The notes beneath the pieces are model-generated. The model was not told the origin of the DNA, did no database searches, and saw only the letters and a program-made list of their open reading frames with translations. The position numbers and the translations under genes are program-made. 64,000 nt of DNA from an uncultured virus (IMG/VR IMGVR_UViG_3300043803_001696) (lineage: Duplodnaviria; Heunggongvirae; Uroviricota; Caudoviricetes): the IMG/VR virus record IMGVR_UViG_3300043803_001696, one strand, 5' to 3'. Positions 40,054-49,330 of the stretch are shown in pieces. Each line of letters begins with the position of its first letter. The stretch's first letter is position 1.

Positions 40054-40233
40054 ATGAGCCTCGCCACTCCCTCTCCATCGCCCTTCCTTTCTCAAGAGGA
40101 ATGGCAAGAACTGCAAGCATTACGCAAGGCTATTACAGACAATCCTGCTAGTGTTGCACCATGGAAGCAAGAGCAATTTAGTGCCTTGTTTGCTCGTTCT
40201 CTCATGGGGAAAGGTGATCCTTCCTTCGACTAA
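40054..40233 (+). CDS. hypothetical protein (59 aa)
   Basis: Read by hand: MSLATPSPSPFLSQEEWQELQALRKAITDNPASV... Confidence 0.55.
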   Translation: MSLATPSPSPFLSQEEWQELQALRKAITDNPASVAPWKQEQFSALFARSLMGKGDPSFD

Positions 40234-40235
40234 AC

Positions 40236-40991
40236 ATGGCCCGTCCAGATATTTCTTTTGAAAGCACCGAGCAGCAGTTGGAATACAGCCTGAAGGTGCT
40301 CACACAAGCAGGCTTCACTCCATTGCAAATTGAACGCATTCGCAATGAAGTGGGTGTTGGTAAAAACAAGATTCCTTACGACAAGGAAAGCACCGGCTGG
40401 CGACGGTTCATGGTGCAAGAACTTCTTGCTGCTCGCATGAGCAATAGGCAAATCTCTGAAGTGCTCAATCTGTCCAAGGAAACGGTTAATGCCGACAGGA
40501 AGCATAATCGTGACATTTGGACCCAGGAAATCCTTAAAAGTCAAGACACATGGCGGGCGCAATTACTTCGTGAACAGGCAGAGCTTAAAGAGATGGCAGT
40601 ACAAGGCTTTCATGCCAGCAAGAAAAAGCGCATTACTACTACCAACGATCGCACTAATGAAACCACCACGAGAACCGAGGAAACGGCTGGAGAAAGTAGC
40701 TTTTTGACAGTCGCAAAAGGCTGCCTTGAGCAGCAAGCTAAAATCCTTGGTCTGTTTGACATTAAGCCCCAGCAAGAAGAGAAAAGCGGCTACAAGAACT
40801 TTTTGGATAGTCTTTCGTCTCAAATTGCCAAGATCAAAGAGGCAGAACAAACAGCTACAGACCGTGCTGTGGCCATTGAAGCCAAGGCAGAATTTGATGA
40901 AAATGGCGAACCCACTGGTCAAAGCAGGCCAATGCTTTCAGCATACGTTGAAAACGACGAGGACGATGAAAGCGAAGATGATGAAGAATAA
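40236..40991 (+). CDS. HTH protein, candidate terminase small subunit
   Basis: MSNRQISEVLNLSKETVNAD HTH; helical core ending QQAKILGL; acidic tail. Confidence 0.55.
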   Translation: MARPDISFESTEQQLEYSLKVLTQAGFTPLQIERIRNEVGVGKNKIPYDKESTGWRRFMVQELLAARMSNRQISEVLNLSKETVNADRKHNRDIWTQEILKSQDTWRAQLLREQAELKEMAVQGFHASKKKRITTTNDRTNETTTRTEETAGESSFLTVAKGCLEQQAKILGLFDIKPQQEEKSGYKNFLDSLSSQIAKIKEAEQTATDRAVAIEAKAEFDENGEPTGQSRPMLSAYVENDEDDESEDDEE

Positions 40992-41010
40992 TTTCTTTGT
41001 GATGTGCCCC

Positions 41011-41039
41011 TTGACAATGGCGCACCCAACAGGCACACT
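41011..41039 (+). promoter_or_regulatory. sigma70-like promoter
   Basis: TTGACA-17 nt-CACACT. Confidence 0.5.
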
Positions 41040-41060
41040 GGCATTGCCCCTCACTTTCCC

Positions 41061-41519
41061 ATGGACTTTTCTAGCGTTAACGATTTCCTAAAGAAAGCCA
41101 CCTCGGCTAAAAACCAAGAGCGCCAGGTGATTGATGATGAGCTCGACCCGTTTCTTTCAGATCCGGCCACTTTTGGTGTGACGCCTGAACTGGCAAGGAC
41201 CATTGATGGCTTGAAGCACAAATATGGCGATGAAGCTTTCCGTCAAATTGGCATCTTCTGCCTAGGAAAATGGCTAGAAGTTCATCAGGAAATATTGAAC
41301 CAGCACATTGAAAACGACGCAATGGATGGAGCGTTGTTGACAATGAATGACATCAGCAAGCTGACACTAACCATTCAAACCGTTGATGGCATTGGCAGTT
41401 TTGGTGGTGATGAAGATTGGAAGCGCATGCTGAAAAACAGCGTTGGGCAAGCGTTTCTGGAACACCTTGAAGAAGATGGTCTTGACCCTATGTCCTTTTT
41501 TGGCAGGAGGAAATCATGA
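41061..41519 (+). CDS. hypothetical protein
   Basis: Likely ATG 41061, after the promoter and a pyrimidine leader. Confidence 0.65.
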   Translation: MDFSSVNDFLKKATSAKNQERQVIDDELDPFLSDPATFGVTPELARTIDGLKHKYGDEAFRQIGIFCLGKWLEVHQEILNQHIENDAMDGALLTMNDISKLTLTIQTVDGIGSFGGDEDWKRMLKNSVGQAFLEHLEEDGLDPMSFFGRRKS

Positions 41520-41689
41520 TCAACAGCAACGTGATGGACACTTACGCCATCTACTTTGAAGACGGTGATCAGTTTTCACTGACGGCCAAAGACAGCTTCT
41601 ATGCCCATCAAATGGCTTTAGAACTCGTGCCCAACAAAAAGGTGGTCAAGATAGAAAAGCTTGGGCAACAAGAGGGTGGTGAACCATGA
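41516..41689 (+). CDS. hypothetical protein (57 aa)
   Basis: Read by hand; ATGA overlaps on both sides. Confidence 0.55.
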   Translation: MINSNVMDTYAIYFEDGDQFSLTAKDSFYAHQMALELVPNKKVVKIEKLGQQEGGEP

Positions 41690-42030
41690 CTTCCCCATCG
41701 CTCCCTCCCATGATTAGCCTTTGCATTCCACCAGTGCTTAAGGCTGAAGCAGAGCGCTTGGCTGCTGAAGAGCCATCGGTGCATCCAGCATGGAGCAAGA
41801 TTTCAGCACGAGGCAAGCACTTTGTTCTTCGCACTTCCTCCATTGAAGACATTGAAGAAGTGGCCGACTGGGCGCGATCATGGCTGACAGAGCCTGCAGA
41901 GCCTCTAGACAAGGCTCGTAGGCAGGCTTTTCAGAACGTTGTAGAGCGAGCAGGGCGCCATGTGCATTTGGCTCCCATTGGCTCTTGCCACTTCCTGGCA
42001 ACTGGCTGGAAGCGCAAGGAAAGCCAGTAA
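41686..42030 (+). CDS. hypothetical protein
   Basis: 114 aa coupled ORF. Confidence 0.6.
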   Translation: MTSPSLPPMISLCIPPVLKAEAERLAAEEPSVHPAWSKISARGKHFVLRTSSIEDIEEVADWARSWLTEPAEPLDKARRQAFQNVVERAGRHVHLAPIGSCHFLATGWKRKESQ

Positions 42031-42113
42031 CACATAAGGACAAGTGATGGTTCCAGGGATTGACAGGGCCTGGGGCTAGGCGGCAGTATTGGCAAGTGTT
42101 CTTCACCACCACC

Positions 42114-42449
42114 ATGACCACCATCATTGATCAGCGAGCTTACGGCACCAATGCCTTCGTCAAGTATGACTACGGCATGCAAATTGTTATGAACGCAGGA
42201 TCCCCTTGCGTGGAATGGAGCTTTCGCGTGAAAGATTTGCAGCAGTGGCTTACCACCTTGGAAGAAACCATGGTGAGAGAAGAGAATGCTGGCAATCGTC
42301 GTGATCTGGAAAGCATGTATTTCAGCCTTAAGGCTGCTCACAATCTCCATTTGAAGCAACACAAAGAGATTGTCACTGAAGCGCCCACGGCTGATGATCT
42401 TCTGGCTTACTTGGCTGACTATGCCGCTGCCGTGGGAGGACAAGGCTGA
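42114..42449 (+). CDS. hypothetical protein
   Basis: Likely ATG 42114; TTGACA at 42060. Confidence 0.6.
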   Translation: MTTIIDQRAYGTNAFVKYDYGMQIVMNAGSPCVEWSFRVKDLQQWLTTLEETMVREENAGNRRDLESMYFSLKAAHNLHLKQHKEIVTEAPTADDLLAYLADYAAAVGGQG

Positions 42450-42814
42450 TGACTGATTCCTTTATCGCACCACCGCCGGAGCTGATGCAGCAGTGGTGGG
42501 AGCAAGCCGATCAGTATCAAGACGATCCAAAGACTTACTTCGACTTTATAGTTACCGAAGTAGCCCAATGGGGCGCCGACCAAGAACTGGAGGCGTGCTG
42601 TGAATTATTAAGACAATTCGGTTCTAATGAAACACTGCCAAGACTTCAACGTGTTCGTCGACCCGAGCCGCCGAGCTTGAAGGAAGAAGCACTCAAGGGA
42701 TTTGACACTATAGCGAGCATTGTCCTTGACGAATATAGTGGAACTACATTCTACGAGCAATATAAAAAGGTTACTGATACCGTCATCCGCGCACTGGAGG
42801 CGCTACCTGAATGA
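42449..42814 (+). CDS. hypothetical phage protein
   Basis: PPPELMQQW...QWGADQELEACC...PPSLKEEAL. Confidence 0.65.
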   Translation: MTDSFIAPPPELMQQWWEQADQYQDDPKTYFDFIVTEVAQWGADQELEACCELLRQFGSNETLPRLQRVRRPEPPSLKEEALKGFDTIASIVLDEYSGTTFYEQYKKVTDTVIRALEALPE

Positions 42815-43080
42815 CTGAACTATCACCACAAGCGCAGGCGGTGTTGGATGCAGTGGCCTCCCAAATGGAAGGCGAATGGATCTCTCCTGACTTCATTCCC
42901 TATGAAGCAAAGAAAATCGCCGCCGCCCTGCGGGCTGCTGCTCATCAGGTGGTGCCGGAGCCTCCGATGATCGTTGAGGGTGGTCGCACTTATGAGGAAG
43001 CGTGGACCGCCACCGTCCATGACGACATTCGCCGCCGTTTTCTCGCCATCGCCGCCGAGCTGGAGGGTGGCAATGACTGA
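42811..43080 (+). CDS. hypothetical phage protein
   Basis: MTELSPQAQAVLDA...LAIAAELEG. Confidence 0.65.
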   Translation: MTELSPQAQAVLDAVASQMEGEWISPDFIPYEAKKIAAALRAAAHQVVPEPPMIVEGGRTYEEAWTATVHDDIRRRFLAIAAELEGGND

Positions 43081-43429
43081 CTTCCGTGCGCTGTGCGCTG
43101 AGCTGGTTGAGCTAGATCAAGCAGAGCCAGGCGATTACGCCAACTGGAGGCAAAACTGGAACGCTGCCATAGCCCGCGCCCGCGCCGCGCTGGAGGCCCA
43201 GCCCGAGCCGCAGGGGCCGACCCAGGCTGAACTTAGAACTTTTGCTTGTAAGTGGTGGCACTCATTTGGTTTCGTTAAAAACAAAGCGACTTGTACTTGG
43301 GTAATTGATCAGATTGCGCCAGAGCATTTTGTTGATTTCTCTCGCGATCTACTTGCCCGCTGGGGCCGCCCCGCCATCGAGCCGGTGCCGGTGAGCGAGC
43401 CCCTGCCGGGGCCCGAGGGGAACATGTGA
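43073..43429 (+). CDS. hypothetical phage protein
   Basis: MTDFRALCAEL start; ARARAAL, LARWGRP motifs. Confidence 0.65.
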   Translation: MTDFRALCAELVELDQAEPGDYANWRQNWNAAIARARAALEAQPEPQGPTQAELRTFACKWWHSFGFVKNKATCTWVIDQIAPEHFVDFSRDLLARWGRPAIEPVPVSEPLPGPEGNM

Positions 43430-43659
43430 TGACCCAAGAGCCTGATTTTCGCGCATTATGCGCCAAACTCATGGACCGATGGACTAAAGGAAAAGACTAT
43501 TGGTCTGTTCTAGCTCAAATCCAAAGCGCACTAGCTTATGATCCTCGTAACGACGACGACTACGACTCCTACGAATACGCTACAGAACCTATTCCCTATG
43601 ACACAACATGGGCGAAAACAAACCCCCCTGACGATGGAGGAATGGAAGGAACTATATGA
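43426..43659 (+). CDS. hypothetical phage protein
   Basis: DFRALCAKL motif shared with the previous gene. Confidence 0.55.
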   Translation: MMTQEPDFRALCAKLMDRWTKGKDYWSVLAQIQSALAYDPRNDDDYDSYEYATEPIPYDTTWAKTNPPDDGGMEGTI

Positions 43660-43704
43660 ATGGTACGTTTACATTCTGTATCGAAATGCTGTTGACTATT
43701 AACT

Positions 43705-43726
43705 AAGGGCCGTAAGGCCCTTTTTT
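43705..43726 (+). terminator. Rho-independent terminator
   Basis: AAGGGCC-gtaa-GGCCCTT-TTTT. Confidence 0.8.
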
Positions 43727-44080
43727 CTTGCCTAATCACGCCCCGCCTATTGCAAGACAAAAGAAAAGAGGAGCTTTCGCTCCTCCTTCTTTACAAGCCT
43801 CCGATGAGCTTCTTTTCTTGGCGCATCTTCAACCAAGAGAATGGAAACCTCACTCGCCCAATGCGCGATGGAGGCCCTTGCGGAATCCTCCTTTCCATTC
43901 AAACCCGTCCACCCTCACGGCTCAAAGAGGAGGTTGTTACGCCTCAGGACCGACTTGCTTGGAAAGCATAGCACCTCCTGCGTCGAAACAGTCCATTGGC
44001 AATGGAAAGGGAAAATGTGGTACGGTGAACACTGTCAGGAGGCGACTCCCTGACCCTCGCTATTTACTTTCTCTTTACAA

Positions 44081-44440
44081 ATGCTTCGTTTCTTTTCCAT
44101 TGCTTCCATTGCTCTCAGCGCCTTGGCGCCCCTTGCAGTGGAGGCTAAATCGTCGTGCGGCACTGCCAGCTACTATGGTCTCAATGATGGCTTTGCAGGC
44201 CGTCTCACTGCCAACGGAGAGCGCTTCGTTCCCTCCAGGCTTACCACTGCCCATCCATCGCTTCCTTTTGGCACCAGGCTTCGCGTGACTAACCAAAACA
44301 ACGGCAGGAGCGTTGTGGTTAGCGTGAATGATCGTGGCCCCTACTATGGCAGCCGCATCATTGATCTTTCTCATGGGGCGTTTGCTCAAATCGCCAGCAC
44401 CAGTCAGGGACTTGCCAGTGTCTGTATCAGCAGGCTGTAA
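44081..44440 (+). CDS. rlpA: RlpA-like (DPBB) lytic transglycosylase with signal peptide
   Basis: ASYYG...TANGERF...AHPSLPFGT...NDRGPY...RIIDLS. Confidence 0.9.
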   Translation: MLRFFSIASIALSALAPLAVEAKSSCGTASYYGLNDGFAGRLTANGERFVPSRLTTAHPSLPFGTRLRVTNQNNGRSVVVSVNDRGPYYGSRIIDLSHGAFAQIASTSQGLASVCISRL

Positions 44441-44460
44441 TTCTTAGCGCAAGCTCTGCA

Positions 44461-44493
44461 AGGCGTCCCTCGACTGGGGGGCGTCTTTTTTTT
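44461..44493 (+). terminator. Rho-independent terminator
   Basis: GC-rich hairpin followed by a T8 run. Confidence 0.65.
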
Positions 44494-44501
44494 GCGTTAC
44501 A

Positions 44502-44939
44502 TTGACTTGGCTAATTTCGTTTTCAATGCAATTAGAGTTAATTCCTGGAATTGGAGAATGCTTTTCGGACTGCATTGCGACAAAAGAATGCAGCACCTGT
44601 CGTCGTCGATTGCCGGAAAATTGCTTTGAAGTAAATTATTTGAACTTAAAAGGACAACCTCGCTACTCATCGCGTTGCAATAGCTGCAAAAAGAACGCTA
44701 TAGATCACCTTAAAAAATTAAAAAAAATACATCCCCCACCGCCGAAGGGAACGCTTTGTGCAGTACCTGGCTGCGTAAGACTAGGCACATGCCTTGATCA
44801 TGATCATAATTCTGGAAGGGCTCGTGGATATATCTGCGGTCCTCATAATTCCGCTTTTGCTTACTGCAATGATTCTGTTGGTGGAGTACAGGCACTTTTG
44901 GAATACGCGCAGCAATGGGAGGCTAAAGGGTCTGGCTAA
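44502..44939 (+). CDS. endonuclease VII-like HNH nuclease (free-standing)
   Basis: CSTC...CNSC Zn motif; CLDHDHNSGRARGYICGPHN. Confidence 0.8.
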   Translation: MTWLISFSMQLELIPGIGECFSDCIATKECSTCRRRLPENCFEVNYLNLKGQPRYSSRCNSCKKNAIDHLKKLKKIHPPPPKGTLCAVPGCVRLGTCLDHDHNSGRARGYICGPHNSAFAYCNDSVGGVQALLEYAQQWEAKGSG

Positions 44940-45012
44940 CTTTGTAATAGTCCTTTACAAACCCCGCAGGATCCGGCCGATCGTGTAATGTGCTCTCGTC
45001 GCCTCGCTTCCG

Positions 45013-45210
45013 ATGAACAACCTCCCCTCCATTGTTTCTTTCTTCTCCATCTCCTGTGGCATGAGTATGCTCACTCTGGCCGCCTTAGTGCATACGCCCG
45101 AGCCGCAAGATAGCCCGGCAATGCTTCGCCAATGCCTAAACATTCACCCTGAGCGCTATTGCCGCCTCACTTACGCTCCGTCTACAGTGAAGGCAATGGA
45201 AAGTAAGTGA
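45013..45210 (+). CDS. small membrane-anchored protein
   Basis: 65 aa, N-terminal hydrophobic segment, CLNIHPERYC. Confidence 0.55.
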   Translation: MNNLPSIVSFFSISCGMSMLTLAALVHTPEPQDSPAMLRQCLNIHPERYCRLTYAPSTVKAMESK

Positions 45211-45416
45211 TGTTTGAGCCTGGCGCAATTGTTGATCTCAACGACCACATCTTTGGCTGGAGAGGACAATATAAAGTGCTCCCTAAGAAGGCAGAAACCT
45301 CCCTAGTCAAGATTAAGAATCTGGGGACAAACAGTGAGCAGTTTGTCAGTGCTGACAGGCTTCGCAGGAGTCGTTTGTCACAATTCTTCATCAAGGGCCT
45401 TGCGCCTAAACGATAA
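45207..45416 (+). CDS. hypothetical protein (SH3-like size and pattern)
   Basis: 69 aa, FEPGAIV start. Confidence 0.55.
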   Translation: MMFEPGAIVDLNDHIFGWRGQYKVLPKKAETSLVKIKNLGTNSEQFVSADRLRRSRLSQFFIKGLAPKR

Positions 45417-45438
45417 ACAACTCTGATGGTTCAGGGGC

Positions 45439-45490
45439 TTGACCGGGGCTCCGTCCATGGGCATTATGGCTTCAACGAGGCGCGAGCCTC
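45439..45490 (+). promoter_or_regulatory. early promoter + GCGA hairpin leader, copy 1
   Basis: TTGACC-17-CATTAT-6-AACGAGGC GCGA GCCTC. Confidence 0.8.
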
Positions 45491-45506
45491 TCATTCCTTT
45501 CTTTCC

Positions 45507-45812
45507 ATGACCACCTACCTCCTCGGCTACGCAACCAAAACCCCCATCGTGCGCGGTTTCCTTCGCCACGCTGGTAGCAGCATCGTCAGCGTGGAATTCG
45601 TCAAGGCTGACGGCAGCCTCCGCAAGATCCAATTCAATCCTTGCGACCGCCAGGAAATCAAAGGCACTGGCAAGCCCTCTACCAATGCTTCCATTGTTCG
45701 CTGCCGCGACTTTGCAGTGGCCCGCAAGGATGGGCAGGGCGCTTGGCGTTCCTTTGACTGCGAGCGTGTGGTGAGCATCACTGCCAAAGGCGAGACGCTG
45801 GTGCTGGCCTGA
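45507..45812 (+). CDS. SH3/WYL-like fold phage protein
   Basis: SVEFVKADGSLRK...WRSFDCERV. Confidence 0.7.
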   Translation: MTTYLLGYATKTPIVRGFLRHAGSSIVSVEFVKADGSLRKIQFNPCDRQEIKGTGKPSTNASIVRCRDFAVARKDGQGAWRSFDCERVVSITAKGETLVLA

Positions 45813-45861
45813 TCGTTTGTAAACAATTGTGACAGGGGCCAATCCAGGCCCCTCTGTCCTG

Positions 45862-45889
45862 TATTGTTCTCTCACGAGGCGCGAGCCTC
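45862..45889 (+). promoter_or_regulatory. early promoter + GCGA hairpin leader, copy 2
   Basis: TATTGT-6-ACGAGGCGCGAGCCTC. Confidence 0.75.
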
Positions 45890-45907
45890 TCCTTTCCTTT
45901 CCTTCCC

Positions 45908-46168
45908 ATGGCAACCATTCCCACTGTCCACCTCAACGGCACCGGCTTCACCGATCTGCGCGACGGCTACGCTGCTGCGTACGATGCCATTGACAAGGCC
46001 ATTGACGCCCTGGCGAAAGCCGAGCTCAATGGGAGGGATTTCTATCCGCAGGGCCCTGATGCCTACTATCACGCTCGCAAGGAGCGCGATCAGGCCTTCT
46101 ACCGCCTGCATGCTGTTCACGACTACGTGGGCGAGATGCTGGCTGGCATTTGCGACCAACAGCGCTGA
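45908..46168 (+). CDS. hypothetical phage protein
   Basis: PTVHLNGT...NGRDFYPQG. Confidence 0.7.
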   Translation: MATIPTVHLNGTGFTDLRDGYAAAYDAIDKAIDALAKAELNGRDFYPQGPDAYYHARKERDQAFYRLHAVHDYVGEMLAGICDQQR

Positions 46169-46199
46169 AGCGCCAAAGCGTGAAGCTTTGTAACGGGGC

Positions 46200-46228
46200 T
46201 TGACCTCAGGCCCCAAATGAACTAATTT
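46200..46228 (+). promoter_or_regulatory. sigma70-like promoter
   Basis: TTGACC-17-TAATTT. Confidence 0.6.
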
Positions 46229-46260
46229 TCCTTTCGTCAGCCAACTTTCCTCTCAAAGCC

Positions 46261-47262
46261 ATGAGCCACCAATTCACCTCCGGCGTGTTCTTCAACAATG
46301 AGCCCGCCTGGCACAAGCTTGGCACCGTCCTCGACGGCACCCAGCCCGCCCGTGAAGCTTTCGCCACTGCCAACGCAGACTGGGGCACCATCAGCACTCC
46401 CGTGTTTGATCCTGCTGGTGAGCCCATCCCTGGCTACCAGGCCATCACTCGCGGCGACACTGGCAATGTGCTCTCCATCCAAAGCGAAAGCTATGCCATC
46501 GTTCAAAACGAACAGCTCATCAGGGTGGCAGAAGCCCTGCATGAAGATGCAACGATGGATGCCGTGGTGGTGCTCAACGAAGGGCGCAAGGTTGCATTCA
46601 CCGCCAAGGTGAACAATTCCGAAGCTGATGTGCTCCCTGGTGACACCATCCACCAATACCTTGTTGGTTGCACTTCTCACGATGGCACTATTGCCTTCCA
46701 GGTGATGTTCAGCCCCATTCGTGTGGTGTGTCAGAACACGCTTTCCTACGCTCTGGGCCGTGCTGCTGCTGGTGCATCCACCAAGAAGATGCGCATTCGC
46801 CATACCAAGAACGCCAACGCTCTCATTGATCACCTCCCCTCGATCATTGATATGCAGCGCCAGCAGTTCACTGCGGGCATTGATGAGCTGAAGGCAATGG
46901 CCGCCAAGCCCTGCACTTCCGCTCTGTTCCGTCAGTATTGCGAAAGCGTGTTTGCTGACCAACTGGTGGGCATGACCAACGACAAGCGGGGCGACAAGAG
47001 CACTGCCCGCTCCAAGAAGCTGGAAGACCTCACTGCCTGGGACAACGTGGCCAACAAGTTCCATGGGGAAGGCATTGGCTTTGATATTCCTGGCGTGCAG
47101 GGCACCATGTGGGGCGCCTATCAAGCCATCACGGAGTATTTCTCGCACGATGCAGGCCGTGCCGTGGATTCCATTGATGCTGCCCGCCAGCGGCTGGAAA
47201 GCCTCTACTGGGGCACTGGTGCTGCCACCATCGCCAAGGCCCACTCCCTGGCTCTGGCCTGA
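46261..47262 (+). CDS. DUF932-family protein
   Basis: PAWHKLG, Y-x-IVQN, TSHDGT...SPIRVVCQNTL, IRHT, GTMWGAYQAITEY. Confidence 0.88.
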   Translation: MSHQFTSGVFFNNEPAWHKLGTVLDGTQPAREAFATANADWGTISTPVFDPAGEPIPGYQAITRGDTGNVLSIQSESYAIVQNEQLIRVAEALHEDATMDAVVVLNEGRKVAFTAKVNNSEADVLPGDTIHQYLVGCTSHDGTIAFQVMFSPIRVVCQNTLSYALGRAAAGASTKKMRIRHTKNANALIDHLPSIIDMQRQQFTAGIDELKAMAAKPCTSALFRQYCESVFADQLVGMTNDKRGDKSTARSKKLEDLTAWDNVANKFHGEGIGFDIPGVQGTMWGAYQAITEYFSHDAGRAVDSIDAARQRLESLYWGTGAATIAKAHSLALA

Positions 47263-47294
47263 GCGTTGCAATGGAGGGAAATGGGGCTGGGGGC

Positions 47295-47346
47295 TTGCGC
47301 TCCTGGCCCTTTTCGCTTACTGTTCTTTCAACGAGGCGCGAGCCTC
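47295..47346 (+). promoter_or_regulatory. early promoter + GCGA hairpin leader, copy 3
   Basis: TTGCGC-17-TACTGT-6-AACGAGGCGCGAGCCTC. Confidence 0.8.
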
Positions 47347-47361
47347 ACCGCCTTTCACTCC

Positions 47362-47667
47362 ATGGCTGCTTCCTTCTCCACCCTGACCGCCACTGAGCGT
47401 TGCCTTGTCGCGGCTCCCGCCAACGCATGGGAGGTGTGCGCCGCTGTTCACGACTTTGGCGGCATCGTTGACTGTGCAGTGCGTAGCTTCAACGGCAAGA
47501 AAGTGCTCAATGCCGTCAAGCTGGGCAACGACTGCTTCGACGTCACCCTGGTGAATCACAACCATCTCCAAGGCAGGCTTGTTAAGGGCTCCACCATTCG
47601 CTTCACCACCACCGGCACTTGGCTCAAGGAATGGCTGGAAGCAGTGGGTTCCACCGTCACTTTGTGA
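47362..47667 (+). CDS. hypothetical protein
   Basis: ATG directly after leader copy 3. Confidence 0.65.
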   Translation: MAASFSTLTATERCLVAAPANAWEVCAAVHDFGGIVDCAVRSFNGKKVLNAVKLGNDCFDVTLVNHNHLQGRLVKGSTIRFTTTGTWLKEWLEAVGSTVTL

Positions 47668-47706
47668 AGAAACAACGGAAGGGGCGCTTGGGCGCCCTTT
47701 CTGGCT

Positions 47707-47735
47707 TATTATTCCCTCAACGAGGCGCGAGCCTC
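47707..47735 (+). promoter_or_regulatory. early promoter + GCGA hairpin leader, copy 4
   Basis: TATTAT-6-AACGAGGCGCGAGCCTC. Confidence 0.8.
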
Positions 47736-47751
47736 TCCCTTCCTTCTTCCC

Positions 47752-47988
47752 ATGACCTCCTCCTTCATCCAAGACCAGCTCATTTCCATGGTTGCTCGCT
47801 TCATCTGCGAAGCCAAGGCTGGTGACATGCTCATGCTTCCTGCCATGGCAGCCCTCCACAAGCGTGAAGATGGCCGCATCTGCATGAGCCGCCGAGGAAG
47901 CCTGCCCATGCCACTGTGGGAGCCCCTGAGCCACGATATTGTTGCCACCATTGTTAGGTGGAGCAAAGAAGACCTGCAGGCCGCCTGA
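47752..47988 (+). CDS. hypothetical protein
   Basis: ATG after leader copy 4. Confidence 0.65.
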   Translation: MTSSFIQDQLISMVARFICEAKAGDMLMLPAMAALHKREDGRICMSRRGSLPMPLWEPLSHDIVATIVRWSKEDLQAA

Positions 47989-48226
47989 GCGGCCTCTCCC
48001 CCCTCCGCACCCTCCGAACCCTCCGCAGCCTCCCTAGAACCGTGCAAGACACCATCAACATCCTGGCCATCAGCAATAAAGGCCGTAGCCGCATCGGCAC
48101 CACCATCACCACTGCCATTGTTGAGCAGAATTTCCACGACAAGCTTTTCATTGTGCTTCCGCAGTTCAATCAATGCCGATGGATTAAAAGGAACAACGAT
48201 CCTGACTTTCGCATTATCCCTGAGGA

Positions 48227-48427
48227 TTGATCATGCCTTACTCTCTCGTTCTTGATGATGAATGGGGCATTCCATTCACTGCTAAAACCTTCGCTTCTAT
48301 TGAAGAAGTGCAAGATGAAATTAAGACAATGGACGAAGCATTGGACGATGCAGGACTAAGCGCCGCTCATGACATTCGTTGCATTATTGACCAGCTCAAA
48401 GAAATTATTGAGGCCGAAAAAGCCTGA
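48227..48427 (+). CDS. small acidic protein
   Basis: 66 aa. Confidence 0.55.
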   Translation: MIMPYSLVLDDEWGIPFTAKTFASIEEVQDEIKTMDEALDDAGLSAAHDIRCIIDQLKEIIEAEKA

Positions 48428-48432
48428 AACCC

Positions 48433-48738
48433 ATGCACACCATCCGCAACTACAACAGCAACGGGCCTTACTTTCCTTCCACCCAGGGAGTGTATCAAGC
48501 AGCGCGTCTCCGTGAATTGATCATGCACGTCAGAGTGTGCATGCAAGATGGAGACTACCAAATTGGCGTGTTTGATGATGATGGTCAATGCAAAGGTATT
48601 TGGACTGATGAAGCAGAGCCTGAGCCTGATGGTGAAGGAGGCATGGTTCTAGGAAGACCCGCTTATGTGCTATATCGCCCTGGTGACATCCCTGCAGGCT
48701 TGTGGAACTTGATGCTTTCTAAATTCAAGAGGGTTTGA
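48433..48738 (+). CDS. hypothetical protein
   Basis: 101 aa. Confidence 0.6.
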   Translation: MHTIRNYNSNGPYFPSTQGVYQAARLRELIMHVRVCMQDGDYQIGVFDDDGQCKGIWTDEAEPEPDGEGGMVLGRPAYVLYRPGDIPAGLWNLMLSKFKRV

Positions 48739-48740
48739 CC

Positions 48741-49154
48741 ATGGGAACCAATTATTATTTGCATGCTCCTAAATGCTTGCACTGTGGTAAAGAAGTAGAA
48801 GAACCATTGCATCTTGGCAAAAGCTCGGCAGGGTGGTGCTTTGGCTTGCACGTGTATCCCGAAAAAGATTTACACAATTGGGGCGATATGTGGAGCCATA
48901 TTCATTACAAGGTGGAAGAAAAAGATTATGAAATTAGAAACGAGTATGGAGATTCCATTGATCCTGCTCTTTTCTTTTCCATTGTTTGGGATAGAAAAGG
49001 ACGGTCGGAAAAGCTTTTCGACAAGAAATGGTTAGCAGATAATCACGCCACGATTGGCCCTTGTGGTCTCGCCAGGCATGCTTTGTATCCTGGCCATTGC
49101 ATTGGCCATGGTGGCGATGGCCCTTTTGATTACATCATTGGAGAATTCTCATGA
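48741..49154 (+). CDS. conserved phage protein
   Basis: MGTNYY...CxxC...LHLGKSSAGWCF...NEYG...GEFS. Confidence 0.75.
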   Translation: MGTNYYLHAPKCLHCGKEVEEPLHLGKSSAGWCFGLHVYPEKDLHNWGDMWSHIHYKVEEKDYEIRNEYGDSIDPALFFSIVWDRKGRSEKLFDKKWLADNHATIGPCGLARHALYPGHCIGHGGDGPFDYIIGEFS

Positions 49155-49330
49155 TTGACGATGATTCGCTTTCACACTTCGTTGAGGACTGGTGGAGAGG
49201 CATGGTGCTTTACGATCCTGACACTAAAGAATATGTGGACAATATCTTCAAAAACATTCACAAACAGCATTTTGTTGATTTTTTGCGGGATGCTTTAGTT
49301 GAACTTGGTGGCCAGTATGATTCTCATTGA
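49151..49330 (+). CDS. hypothetical protein (59 aa)
   Basis: Read by hand, ATGA-coupled. Confidence 0.5.
   Translation: MIDDDSLSHFVEDWWRGMVLYDPDTKEYVDNIFKNIHKQHFVDFLRDALVELGGQYDSH

Noticed and set aside
46237..47271. 344-aa minus-strand ORF (likewise 35168-35932, 24785-25381 and 22328-22900)
   Set aside because: Antisense shadows of well-supported genes, with no recognisable motifs
45474..47735. ACGAGGCGCGAGCCTC repeats as a CRISPR array
   Set aside because: Spacing is hundreds to over a thousand bp and contains whole genes; the repeat is only 16-17 bp; no cas genes
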